This document shows, one piece after another, positions 18,811-27,678 of a stretch of 64,000 bases of DNA; within the stretch, counting starts at the first letter, position 1; the number at the start of each line of letters is the position of its first letter. The stretch covers positions 65,136 through 129,135 of the forward strand of contig CAYYKD010000001.1 of NCBI GenBank assembly GCA_964471825.1, in the 5' to 3' direction. The notes under the pieces are model-generated. The model was not told where the DNA came from. It was given only the letters and a program-made list of their open reading frames with translations, and searched no databases. A program made the translations under genes and the position numbers. The stretch is from an uncultured Spirochaetales bacterium (GTDB taxonomy: Bacteria; Spirochaetota; GWE2-31-10; CAYYKD01).

Positions 18811-21465
18811 TTGAACAGGACTGTTTTATTACTAATATGCCGCTCTTTTCTAAAAGGGGCGGCATTAATTATTCTAGAGGTGGCAGTAACACCTCTATTT
18901 TTATCACAGGTTTCATACTCAAAACTCCCCTCAGTCTATATAGGGATAGCAATTTTCACAATAATCTCAGGTTTGCTGTTTAGGAAGTTTGACAAAAGCA
19001 CCTCATACAGCAAACTTATATCATACACGCTATTCATTATGATATTCGTTACAGTTATTGCTATTGTTCCGGTATTGATCTCTATCAATCTCCTAACAGT
19101 ATCAATACTAATGATAGTAAAGGCCTTTTTTTGGATACTTGTAAATATTGAATTCTGGAGTGTTGCACAGGCTGTTTTAAACATAAGAGAGGGTAAAAAA
19201 TACTTTGCCCTGGTAAGCTCCGGTGAAATAGCAGCTACAATTATTATCGGTACAGTATTACTTCTTTTTTTAAATAACTCAAGTGTCTTTTTATTACTTC
19301 TTATTGTAATAGTAATCCTACTTTTCTATCTTATATCATTTATAATGATTAGGACATTAAATAAACCCTCTTTTAGAGATGATACCAACGCAATTAATGA
19401 TACCGCAAAAGTCAAAAGATCCCTATCAAAGTTATTAAACAATAAATTTATTATATTTTATTTTTTTGTGGCATTTATAAGTTCATTAGGATTCTATCTC
19501 GTGGATTTTTTATTTCTAAATCAGGCACAGAAATTTATTGCTGATGAGCTAATATTAAGAAGGTTCTTCAGTCTATTCTTTATGATTCTAGGGCTTGTGA
19601 ATTTGGTTGGAACCCTTTTTGTGTCCGGTAAGATAATCGTAAGATTGGGTATCAAAGGAATTGTAATCTTGTTGCCATTTGCAATAACACTATTAACAGG
19701 TGCATCAATTACTGCATTGTTTTGTAATCTCACATTTTTACTTTTTATTCTCGCTGTATCGTCAAAAGGGTTTGACGATGTTATAAGGGTCAATTTCGAG
19801 TACCCGTCACAAAAAATTATGCTTCAAATTGTTCCGCCAAATGAACGGTTTAGGCTCTTAGCAATTCAGGAAACACTCGTTGAGCCGATAGCTATCGGGC
19901 TTTCAGGAATTATACTGCTTCTATTATCGACCAAGACTTATTTAGTTTATATACTTCTATTAACAATAGCCGGAGTCTGGCTTAGTTTGGCATTCCTACT
20001 TAGAAAACAATACACTGTTTTTCTGATTTCATCATATAATAAAAAGAGATTTGATCCCGATCATCTTGAGTCATACGACCCCTCGATCCTTCAAATCATA
20101 GATAGAGGACTTAACAGTAAATATCCTGACGAGATTGTCTATGCAGTTAACCTTGCACAGTCCGTCTGTATAAATAAACCAGGTATGATAATAAAAAGTA
20201 AAAACCTACAGGATATATCAGTAGAACTATGGTTTGAAAATATAATAAGGCAGTGCATTAAGTCAGAAAACAAGATTCTTGTAAAATTTATCCTCGAAAA
20301 AATTAGAACGATAAAACCAAATCAGATCGAGAAAGATTTAAAAGATATTCTATCAAATCCGGCTTTTAATAACAGCCCGATTATATCAGAATGTGCTTTT
20401 ATATTGACATCTGTCTATAATGTATATGATGGATTGGATCAGATCAATACAGATGTAAAATTCAATTACTTAAACGCAGGACTTCTTGCAGGAGCATTTT
20501 GCTGTTCAGATTCGCATATCAGAGATAGGGCAACTGCCGATATATTAAGCCTGAGCGATAATGACGAACTATTTTTAAATATATTAGAAAAAATCTCGAT
20601 CAATAATAAATATAGCAACATATTTGACAACTATCTGATTGCCTACATAGAATCTAAAAATAAGAACCATGTAAGACAGGCAATAAGAATTGGTGGTTTA
20701 GTATCAATTAACTATCTCTATGATAAATTCGAAAAAATCGCTGATGATGTCAAACTCTACAAACCGCTTATACGGGCAGTCTCCGGTAATCAGATCAAGC
20801 TGGAGGCTCTGTTTAAACGGCTTCATGGATTAAACGATATTCTACATTCAAGGAAGGAATATGCTCTGTGTAAAATAGCCGGTTACATAGAGACCAAGAT
20901 CATCCAAACTATACTTGTTTTGATGTCATCAAGTGTTGGACTTTTAAATCGATATTTTTTATATGAATCATTTAGAAAAGTTGTTATACGGGATGGTCTT
21001 ATTGTTTCTAAAAGTGAAGTGTATAGATTAATCTCCGATGAAGTTAAAACAGGCATTTCAAAGCAAACTTTCTTACTAAGACTTAAAAATCTCAATCTTG
21101 ATTATCAAGTTCATGACTTACTAATCAACTCATTTCAATCGGAAATTGCACTTCACAAAAGGTTCGTATTTCAGCTTCTCTCAGTATTGTATAATCCGAA
21201 CACAATTATGAAAATAGAGAACGAGTTTTTTTATAGACACTCAAATAGACAGGCACTTGCGATAGAATCCCTTGAGTCATTGTTGGCCTCTGATTTAAAA
21301 AAGGAAATAATTCCATTTATTGAAGGGACGAATCCAAATGAAGTGGGAAACCACTTTGACCTTACAAGTTCGGTTGATTTGATAAATCATCTGGATAAAT
21401 TTTTAAGTGAAACAGATATTTCACCGCTTACAGTTTTGCTGATAGAAAGAATTATAGAAAAATAA
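18811..21465 (+). CDS. Fusion protein: N-terminal ~12-TM transporter-like domain (MFS/TLC nucleotide-translocase-like) plus C-terminal ~470-aa helical repeat (HEAT/ARM-like) domain
   Basis: 884 aa. First ~410 aa are hydrophobic with regularly spaced TM helices. The remainder is a soluble Leu/Ile-rich helical repeat region. Immediately followed by a cNMP-binding protein gene. Confidence 0.45.
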   Translation: MNRTVLLLICRSFLKGAALIILEVAVTPLFLSQVSYSKLPSVYIGIAIFTIISGLLFRKFDKSTSYSKLISYTLFIMIFVTVIAIVPVLISINLLTVSILMIVKAFFWILVNIEFWSVAQAVLNIREGKKYFALVSSGEIAATIIIGTVLLLFLNNSSVFLLLLIVIVILLFYLISFIMIRTLNKPSFRDDTNAINDTAKVKRSLSKLLNNKFIIFYFFVAFISSLGFYLVDFLFLNQAQKFIADELILRRFFSLFFMILGLVNLVGTLFVSGKIIVRLGIKGIVILLPFAITLLTGASITALFCNLTFLLFILAVSSKGFDDVIRVNFEYPSQKIMLQIVPPNERFRLLAIQETLVEPIAIGLSGIILLLLSTKTYLVYILLLTIAGVWLSLAFLLRKQYTVFLISSYNKKRFDPDHLESYDPSILQIIDRGLNSKYPDEIVYAVNLAQSVCINKPGMIIKSKNLQDISVELWFENIIRQCIKSENKILVKFILEKIRTIKPNQIEKDLKDILSNPAFNNSPIISECAFILTSVYNVYDGLDQINTDVKFNYLNAGLLAGAFCCSDSHIRDRATADILSLSDNDELFLNILEKISINNKYSNIFDNYLIAYIESKNKNHVRQAIRIGGLVSINYLYDKFEKIADDVKLYKPLIRAVSGNQIKLEALFKRLHGLNDILHSRKEYALCKIAGYIETKIIQTILVLMSSSVGLLNRYFLYESFRKVVIRDGLIVSKSEVYRLISDEVKTGISKQTFLLRLKNLNLDYQVHDLLINSFQSEIALHKRFVFQLLSVLYNPNTIMKIENEFFYRHSNRQALAIESLESLLASDLKKEIIPFIEGTNPNEVGNHFDLTSSVDLINHLDKFLSETDISPLTVLLIERIIEK

Positions 21466-21480
21466 ACAAAGGATAATTAT

Positions 21481-21921
21481 ATGCAGGATATAGAAAAAAT
21501 TTTAATATTGAAAACCGTATCAATTTTTTCGGAAGTTCCCGAGATCTATCTTGGAGAAATCGCCGGTTTAATTGAGGAAGTTGAGCTGGAGGATGGCGAT
21601 CAAATTATCACAAAAGGTGAAATTGGTACAGAGATGTTTATAATTGTATCAGGTGCTGTAATAATCTATGATGGATCAACAGAGCTTGCTGTATTAAATG
21701 AGAGGGCTGTCTTTGGTGAACTTGCCGCTCTATCGCCTGAGCCTAGAATTGCATCAGCAAGAGCCTCAGGTGATACACTTCTATTTAAAATATGCGGCGA
21801 TGATCTATTTGAGTTAATAACAGACAATACAGATATGGTAAGAGGGCTTGTGAAATACTTAATCAATGAGATGCGCAGAGTCTACAACATTATAAACCTG
21901 GCAGCTATTGAAAATAAATAA
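21481..21921 (+). CDS. Stand-alone cyclic-nucleotide-binding (CAP/Crp-type cNMP-binding) domain protein
   Basis: 146 aa. GDQIITKGEIGTEMFIIVSGAV and FGELAALSPEPRIASARA match the cNMP-binding beta-barrel and phosphate-binding cassette (FGELAL...R.A.A). No DNA-binding HTH. Confidence 0.75.
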   Translation: MQDIEKILILKTVSIFSEVPEIYLGEIAGLIEEVELEDGDQIITKGEIGTEMFIIVSGAVIIYDGSTELAVLNERAVFGELAALSPEPRIASARASGDTLLFKICGDDLFELITDNTDMVRGLVKYLINEMRRVYNIINLAAIENK

Positions 21922-22016
21922 AACTATAAAAAAAGGTGAGGCTATCATTGATTTAATCGTTTTTTTAAGATTAAAAAATTGATAAATCAATAATTATTCG
22001 CCTCACACATATCATC

Positions 22017-23732
22017 TTATTTGACTAACATTATATCCCATTTATAACTAATCGCTAAATAGATGCCTGCGTCATTCTTAAATATGCCTATTTTATCTTT
22101 CTCGTTTTGAATTATTGAATCAATGTAATCATTGTTTTCACTTCCATCATTTACTATCTGTTTCATGTACTGATCTACCTGTTTGTACTTAACCCATGAG
22201 AAAAACAGATTTGCACCAACTACGATTTTTAAGGACTCAAAAGGCTCAACAGCGAACTCTGTGTTTAAATACAGGCTTCCATATCGCTCCTCGTGACTAT
22301 AATCATAGAGAAGAGGTATTGTATAGACCGCACTAAATGATGGTTTCAATTTTACAGGTCCTGCATAGAATGGAAACTCGGCAAATATTGCCAAACCCTG
22401 CTCAAAACCGGCCTGATAAAGCCCCATCTGATCAGTGATCGCTCTGTAATAGTATTTTTCCATGTAGGATTTGTCATGGGTCTTAGAATTTTCCGGCAAA
22501 CCGTCCTTGTAGTCGCTATAAAAACCTGTGTCAAAACCCGGGATAAATTCCCCAAGATACTGAATATTAAAGTAGAAATCCCTGTCAGGACCAAATCTAT
22601 AATCAAAACCGGTTACAAATGAAAGTTTGTGATTTCTAATCTTGTATGAACTTAGATCATAGTCCTCAGTCATCATATATGAACCCTCAAGCCAAAATCC
22701 AAAGTCATCAATCACTGTTTTAAAATCAGCATTTATTCTATGAACTCGCTTTCTTTCAAGTGTCATCTTCTCGATTCGATAAAGGGCATAAGGTCCCGCG
22801 AGAGGAATGTTAAATAGGTCTCTGGCCATAGTTATAGTCGGTGTATAGTACTGATCAAAATCATAGATATACCCAAACGAAAACTCTGTCTTTGGAACTC
22901 TGAAATTTAGTTTAGCACCAATAACAGGTCTTGACAGATCAAATTTGTAGTTTTTTTCATCTATATTTTTAGCATGGATCACTGTCCCGGGTATATCAAA
23001 TGGATCTGATGTACTGTCATTTGACATTCCATAGAACAAGGCCTGTGGCACATTGTCTTTAAAATCAACAGGAAATGCACTTTCCTGATAGAATGGCACA
23101 TAGACAACCTCAACTTTAAATTGATCAACCGGCTCAAATGAAGTAACGAGACTTAAAACTGACATTTTATCTGCATCAACTCCGGTAGAAAAGTCGCGTG
23201 GATTAAGCATGTCGGATGGGTTTATCTTATCAGCTGTTCCCCACTGATGGTAGATGTAACCTGCCTTGATATTAAACTTCCATAGATTAAAACCTATATA
23301 GTTTTCAAGTGGAACAACTTCTATGTTATCCGTACTAAATCCCTTGCTATCCAATTTTATTGCAATATTCCAATTAGACACTAGATATATCAGACTTATA
23401 TTACTCTTTATAAATTCATAGCTAAGTCCAATCTCATTATCGAAGTCAATTCTTCTGATATTTCCTTCAAGTACCTGATGATCGGGTATAACAGGAATAT
23501 AGAAGTTAAATGATGACTCTCCAAACAGCTTAAACTCGTGCTTCATGTCTGTACTGTTATTGCTTGTTTTAGAATTTTTTGCATCGTCATTATTCGAACC
23601 ATTCAAGCCTGTGTCACCTGAACTACCTGTTTTTCCAAAGAGGTCGCTGTAATCATCGGCTGCAACAAAACCTGTTGAAACCATCACAAAAATTGTTAAC
23701 AATAGGCTAAAAAATATATTAGTATTTTTCAT
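22017..23732 (-). CDS. Secreted DUF1302-like outer-membrane-associated protein, partner of the MMPL transporter cassette
   Basis: 571 aa. Signal peptide. Aromatic-rich beta-type sequence. Position downstream of the LolA-like and MMPL genes mirrors the HAE3-RND / DUF1329 / DUF1302 arrangement. Confidence 0.4.
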   Translation of the reverse strand: MKNTNIFFSLLLTIFVMVSTGFVAADDYSDLFGKTGSSGDTGLNGSNNDDAKNSKTSNNSTDMKHEFKLFGESSFNFYIPVIPDHQVLEGNIRRIDFDNEIGLSYEFIKSNISLIYLVSNWNIAIKLDSKGFSTDNIEVVPLENYIGFNLWKFNIKAGYIYHQWGTADKINPSDMLNPRDFSTGVDADKMSVLSLVTSFEPVDQFKVEVVYVPFYQESAFPVDFKDNVPQALFYGMSNDSTSDPFDIPGTVIHAKNIDEKNYKFDLSRPVIGAKLNFRVPKTEFSFGYIYDFDQYYTPTITMARDLFNIPLAGPYALYRIEKMTLERKRVHRINADFKTVIDDFGFWLEGSYMMTEDYDLSSYKIRNHKLSFVTGFDYRFGPDRDFYFNIQYLGEFIPGFDTGFYSDYKDGLPENSKTHDKSYMEKYYYRAITDQMGLYQAGFEQGLAIFAEFPFYAGPVKLKPSFSAVYTIPLLYDYSHEERYGSLYLNTEFAVEPFESLKIVVGANLFFSWVKYKQVDQYMKQIVNDGSENNDYIDSIIQNEKDKIGIFKNDAGIYLAISYKWDIMLVK

Positions 23733-23741
23733 AGTCCACCT

Positions 23742-24503
23742 CTACTTATCTAATGCTGCTACAGAAAAAACAGTATCGCTCAGTCCGGTATTTACCTTAA
23801 CACCTGTTAACTCAAGGAGCGTCTTCGTGTTGTCTTTCAGGTTATCAAAAACCGTCTTGGTCGGAATAATCACCCCGTCAATAACCTTCACCTCAACGAT
23901 AACTATCCTCTTTATTAATTCATCACTTTTTGAGTCATAACATTCCATTCTATATAGAAAATCATCTTTCTTGCTAATCCAGACAACAGCCCTTGAGTAA
24001 GGTGAGCCGGTATCAACGCTTCTTAACTCTACAACCGAATAATCAACACCATTTAAGGTCTCATCCTTGATGTATCTATATGAAAAATCATCATATTCTC
24101 GACTCTCAAGGTCATAGTATAGAATATCTGAGTTAACAAAACGACCATTCTTACCTGATGACGAGATCAATCTTACCTTCTTCATTGTAGGCAGGTAGAT
24201 CCGTTGTTCCTCAACTCCGTTTTTTGTTACCGATAAAAATTTTGTACCGCTGACATCGGCCGGTTCCATAAACCTGATAAATGTGCCTGTATATGCCTTT
24301 GTTTCCTTAGCGAACATCTCGAGTTTTCGAGATCTCTTATTACCTGACTTGTCAATCAATGTCATAGCTGCAACCGCTGACATATCATTACTTTTCTTTA
24401 AACCAAAAGTTTTTCGGCCAATCTCCTCTCCCTTCGCATCCCCAAATACACTCATACAAACCATCAAAACTAAAATAACCAGTAAATACCTTGTTTTTTT
24501 CAT
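23742..24503 (-). CDS. Outer-membrane lipoprotein-sorting (LolA-like) family protein
   Basis: 253 aa. Signal peptide (MKKTRYLLVILVLMVCMSVFG). Size and beta-rich composition are typical of LolA-like proteins encoded beside MMPL transporters. Confidence 0.5.
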   Translation of the reverse strand: MKKTRYLLVILVLMVCMSVFGDAKGEEIGRKTFGLKKSNDMSAVAAMTLIDKSGNKRSRKLEMFAKETKAYTGTFIRFMEPADVSGTKFLSVTKNGVEEQRIYLPTMKKVRLISSSGKNGRFVNSDILYYDLESREYDDFSYRYIKDETLNGVDYSVVELRSVDTGSPYSRAVVWISKKDDFLYRMECYDSKSDELIKRIVIVEVKVIDGVIIPTKTVFDNLKDNTKTLLELTGVKVNTGLSDTVFSVAALDK

Positions 24504-24576
24504 ACAATTACCCCTTTTTTATTTATTTTTTATTCTTTATTCTTTTTTTTTCTTTCTTTTTTATCATAAGTTATAG

Positions 24577-26949
24577 CTAAGCTAAACTGTTCTTTGCACT
24601 TTCTCTTTCTTTTTTATAGAACAATTCAAAAATTATAGGCATAATGATAAGTGCAGAGAATGAAGTTGTTATCATTGTCACACTTATCAATAGACCAAGA
24701 TACACAAGTGGAACAAAATTTGAAAACAGTAGTACCGAGAATCCCGCACACACCGAGAATGCATTATAGATAATTGCCTTCCCTGTTGTTCTTATTATCT
24801 TATCAACCGAGGTCTGTTTATTAAAACCGACTTTATACTCATGATAGTACTCAGATATAATATGTATAGAATAATCAATCCCTGTACCTATTGCAATTGC
24901 AGATATCATTGAAGTACCTATATCCAGTTTAATTCCAAATAACCCCATTATCCCAAAATTTGTTAAAACACTTACAATTATTGGAACTATACCTAGAATG
25001 CCTGTTTTGAGCGATCTAAAGGTTACACCAATTATCAAAATTACAGCTAATAGGGATGTAACTATATTCCATATTTGACCTGACACAATCAGATCGTTTA
25101 CAGCAAGTTGAATATCCGCCCAACCGGAGACGGTTAGTTTATACTTTTCAGTATCAAAGTGTTTATTAAAATTATCTCTAATATCCTTCTTAATATTTCT
25201 CATTGTTGTAGAATCAAGAGTCTTTATCTGTATGATAATTCTAGTCTCCATTGGTTCAAAGACATCGTCAACAATAGTACTTAGATCACCATCATAGAAT
25301 AAAAGATACTCCGATATTAGGCTGTTTAGTTCATTCTCATCTGATAACCTATACTTTTCAGGAACAGATGGAATCTCATAGAAACTCTTACCGCCGCATG
25401 GCTCATCATAATGCATAACCTCATTCAATCGTTTTACAATCTCAGTAAATGCAATAACCTTACCAACCTTATCAGAATACTTCTCTAAGATCATACTAGA
25501 CAACCCGTCAAGGTCATTTAGGAAGCTATAGTCCTTTATATCGCCCGATTCCTTACCGGCTATCTTCACATCTATAACAAAGGTACCGCCAAGTTTTTTA
25601 TTAAGCTCCCTGTCAGATACCCTCAATGGTGTACTCTCCTTGAAGTACTGTATTATTGAACTCTCAATTATTAGCTTAGTCGTAAAATACGCTGAGAGGA
25701 TAAACACAGGAATACATACTATTAGGACAGCTTTTTTGTGATGTTTTATTATTTTTAATATGAAACTTGTAATTTTATCTGCAATACCTGAGTCCTTCAT
25801 TTGAAACTCAAAATTTATCTTAGGCAGCTTTTTTAGCAATTCTGTCCGATGAATCAATATTGCAGGCACAAGCAAAATAGTTATAAGATATGAAAAAAAC
25901 ACACCTAGAGCAGTAAAAATTCCAAATGTCTTTATTGGATTAATCTCGCTAGTTGCAAGTGATCCAAAGCCTGCAATAGTTGTCAACGCAGAGAGAGTCA
26001 GAGGTGTAAAAATCTTCTTTAAACTCTCAATAACAACAGAGGCATTTCTATCCTTATCAAAATTTGATTCCTTTGATATCCCGTCATAGTAGTGAGTTAC
26101 AAGGTGAATACCGTATGCACTACCGACGGCTATCAGGAGTACAGGTATCACAGTTGCTACAAGTGATAAACTAAACCCCATAAGAGTCATGAGCCCTATC
26201 GTCCATATAGAACTTATAACTACAGTTAACAGGGGATAGAATATACCGCCAAAATTTCCAAATGCAAAAAACAGAACAATTATCAACACAACTATAACAA
26301 ATGGGATGAGAAATATTATATCTCTAATCATGAACCTACCCATCATTACAATTATCGCAGGCTCCCCTGTTATGTAGATATTAATATTACTGTCTTTTAT
26401 GCTACTCGTAATTTTCTCAACTTCTTTAAATATCCGCTGTTTTGCCTTGATATCCATCTTTGACTTAAGATTAATTACTATACCGGACAACTTCTTATCC
26501 TGTGAGATAATGTTATCCTTAAAAATCTTCCATGACTCAATTCGTGAATCGATCAATTCATAGTCGTATCCATTGCCATTATCTTCAGCAAGCTTTGATA
26601 CAACAACCCCATTTTCATCGCCATCTACAAAATCTATCCCGGTAATTGACAGTACACTATGAACACCGTCTACCTGTTCAATATTATCAGTCAACTTTGC
26701 TATGATCTCAAATACATGATCATTATAGACTGTCCCCTCTTTGACTTCAACGCCTACAATAATCCTATCTGTACCGCCAAACTTGTTTTCGATATCCTCA
26801 AAGGCCAGATTTGACTGATGTGTTTTGGGAAGAAAAATTCTTACATCATTATTTATCCTAACATCTTTCAGTTGCCAGCCCAAAAATACAGTAATGATTA
26901 CCGTTATCCCGATTATTAAACCATAACCCGCATTAAAAAACTTTTTCAC
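24577..26949 (-). CDS. MMPL/RND-superfamily (HAE3-like) transporter permease with two sterol-sensing-domain-like 6-TM bundles
   Basis: 790 aa. N-terminal TM, large periplasmic loop, 5-6 TM block, second periplasmic loop, second TM block. This is the classic MMPL topology. Confidence 0.75.
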   Translation of the reverse strand: MKKFFNAGYGLIIGITVIITVFLGWQLKDVRINNDVRIFLPKTHQSNLAFEDIENKFGGTDRIIVGVEVKEGTVYNDHVFEIIAKLTDNIEQVDGVHSVLSITGIDFVDGDENGVVVSKLAEDNGNGYDYELIDSRIESWKIFKDNIISQDKKLSGIVINLKSKMDIKAKQRIFKEVEKITSSIKDSNINIYITGEPAIIVMMGRFMIRDIIFLIPFVIVVLIIVLFFAFGNFGGIFYPLLTVVISSIWTIGLMTLMGFSLSLVATVIPVLLIAVGSAYGIHLVTHYYDGISKESNFDKDRNASVVIESLKKIFTPLTLSALTTIAGFGSLATSEINPIKTFGIFTALGVFFSYLITILLVPAILIHRTELLKKLPKINFEFQMKDSGIADKITSFILKIIKHHKKAVLIVCIPVFILSAYFTTKLIIESSIIQYFKESTPLRVSDRELNKKLGGTFVIDVKIAGKESGDIKDYSFLNDLDGLSSMILEKYSDKVGKVIAFTEIVKRLNEVMHYDEPCGGKSFYEIPSVPEKYRLSDENELNSLISEYLLFYDGDLSTIVDDVFEPMETRIIIQIKTLDSTTMRNIKKDIRDNFNKHFDTEKYKLTVSGWADIQLAVNDLIVSGQIWNIVTSLLAVILIIGVTFRSLKTGILGIVPIIVSVLTNFGIMGLFGIKLDIGTSMISAIAIGTGIDYSIHIISEYYHEYKVGFNKQTSVDKIIRTTGKAIIYNAFSVCAGFSVLLFSNFVPLVYLGLLISVTMITTSFSALIIMPIIFELFYKKERESAKNSLA

Positions 26950-27006
26950 CTTATATCTCCTTTTGCAAATGACTGACTAGTCAATCATCTATATTTTTTA
27001 AAAAAA

Positions 27007-27621
27007 CTAAACCGTTATCAGGCTCATTATTTTTGATAATGAACTCTGCAAATCTTCCTCTGTTAACTTACTGTCAGATAGAATATCCCTTTTCCAGACA
27101 GTCTCTGTAAACCCAAATATTAGCGTTGATGCAAATCTTACATCAATCTCCTTCAACTCGATCTCCTTCTTTTTTATACCCCAATTAATAATTGTACTTA
27201 TGCTTGAGATGATCCTCTCAAATATCTCATCAAGAATCCGCTTGATATTGCGATCCTCAAGCTCAGAGAATGCCTTATAGATAATTCTATAAATTCCCTC
27301 TGTTTCTTTCCGTCTATTATAGAAGTTTTTGACTATAATAGTCAGATTTTCTGAGATTCTATTTAACTCACTTACATTTTCAAAGTAGATTGCCGCCATC
27401 TTATCCCCAATGCTCAAGATTACTTCCGTAAATATCTCCTGCTTGCTCTTAAAGTAGAGATAGATAGTACCCTGAGCAACACCGGCCTCTTTTGCAATCA
27501 TTGCTGTTTTCATTGACTGATAGTTCTCTGTTGATAGCACCTTTATTGCTGATTCTATAATTAGGTTTTTTTTATCATCCGACATTTTACGCTCCGAATT
27601 TATGACTGATTGGTCATTCAT
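27007..27621 (-). CDS. TetR/AcrR-family transcriptional regulator
   Basis: 204 aa. N-terminal HTH MKTAMIAKEAGVAQGTIYLYFKSKQEIF is typical of TetR_N. Directly upstream of the MMPL gene on the same strand. Confidence 0.85.
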   Translation of the reverse strand: MNDQSVINSERKMSDDKKNLIIESAIKVLSTENYQSMKTAMIAKEAGVAQGTIYLYFKSKQEIFTEVILSIGDKMAAIYFENVSELNRISENLTIIVKNFYNRRKETEGIYRIIYKAFSELEDRNIKRILDEIFERIISSISTIINWGIKKKEIELKEIDVRFASTLIFGFTETVWKRDILSDSKLTEEDLQSSLSKIMSLITV

Positions 27622-27678
27622 AAATATAATATATACTTACTTAAAAGTCAATTATTTTATTACCAATTTTCGAATACT

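Noticed and set aside
24283-24576. 97-aa plus-strand ORF ending in a poly-pyrimidine tract
   Set aside because: It overlaps the LolA-like gene antisense and runs through a low-complexity TTTCTTT intergenic tract. Read as spurious.
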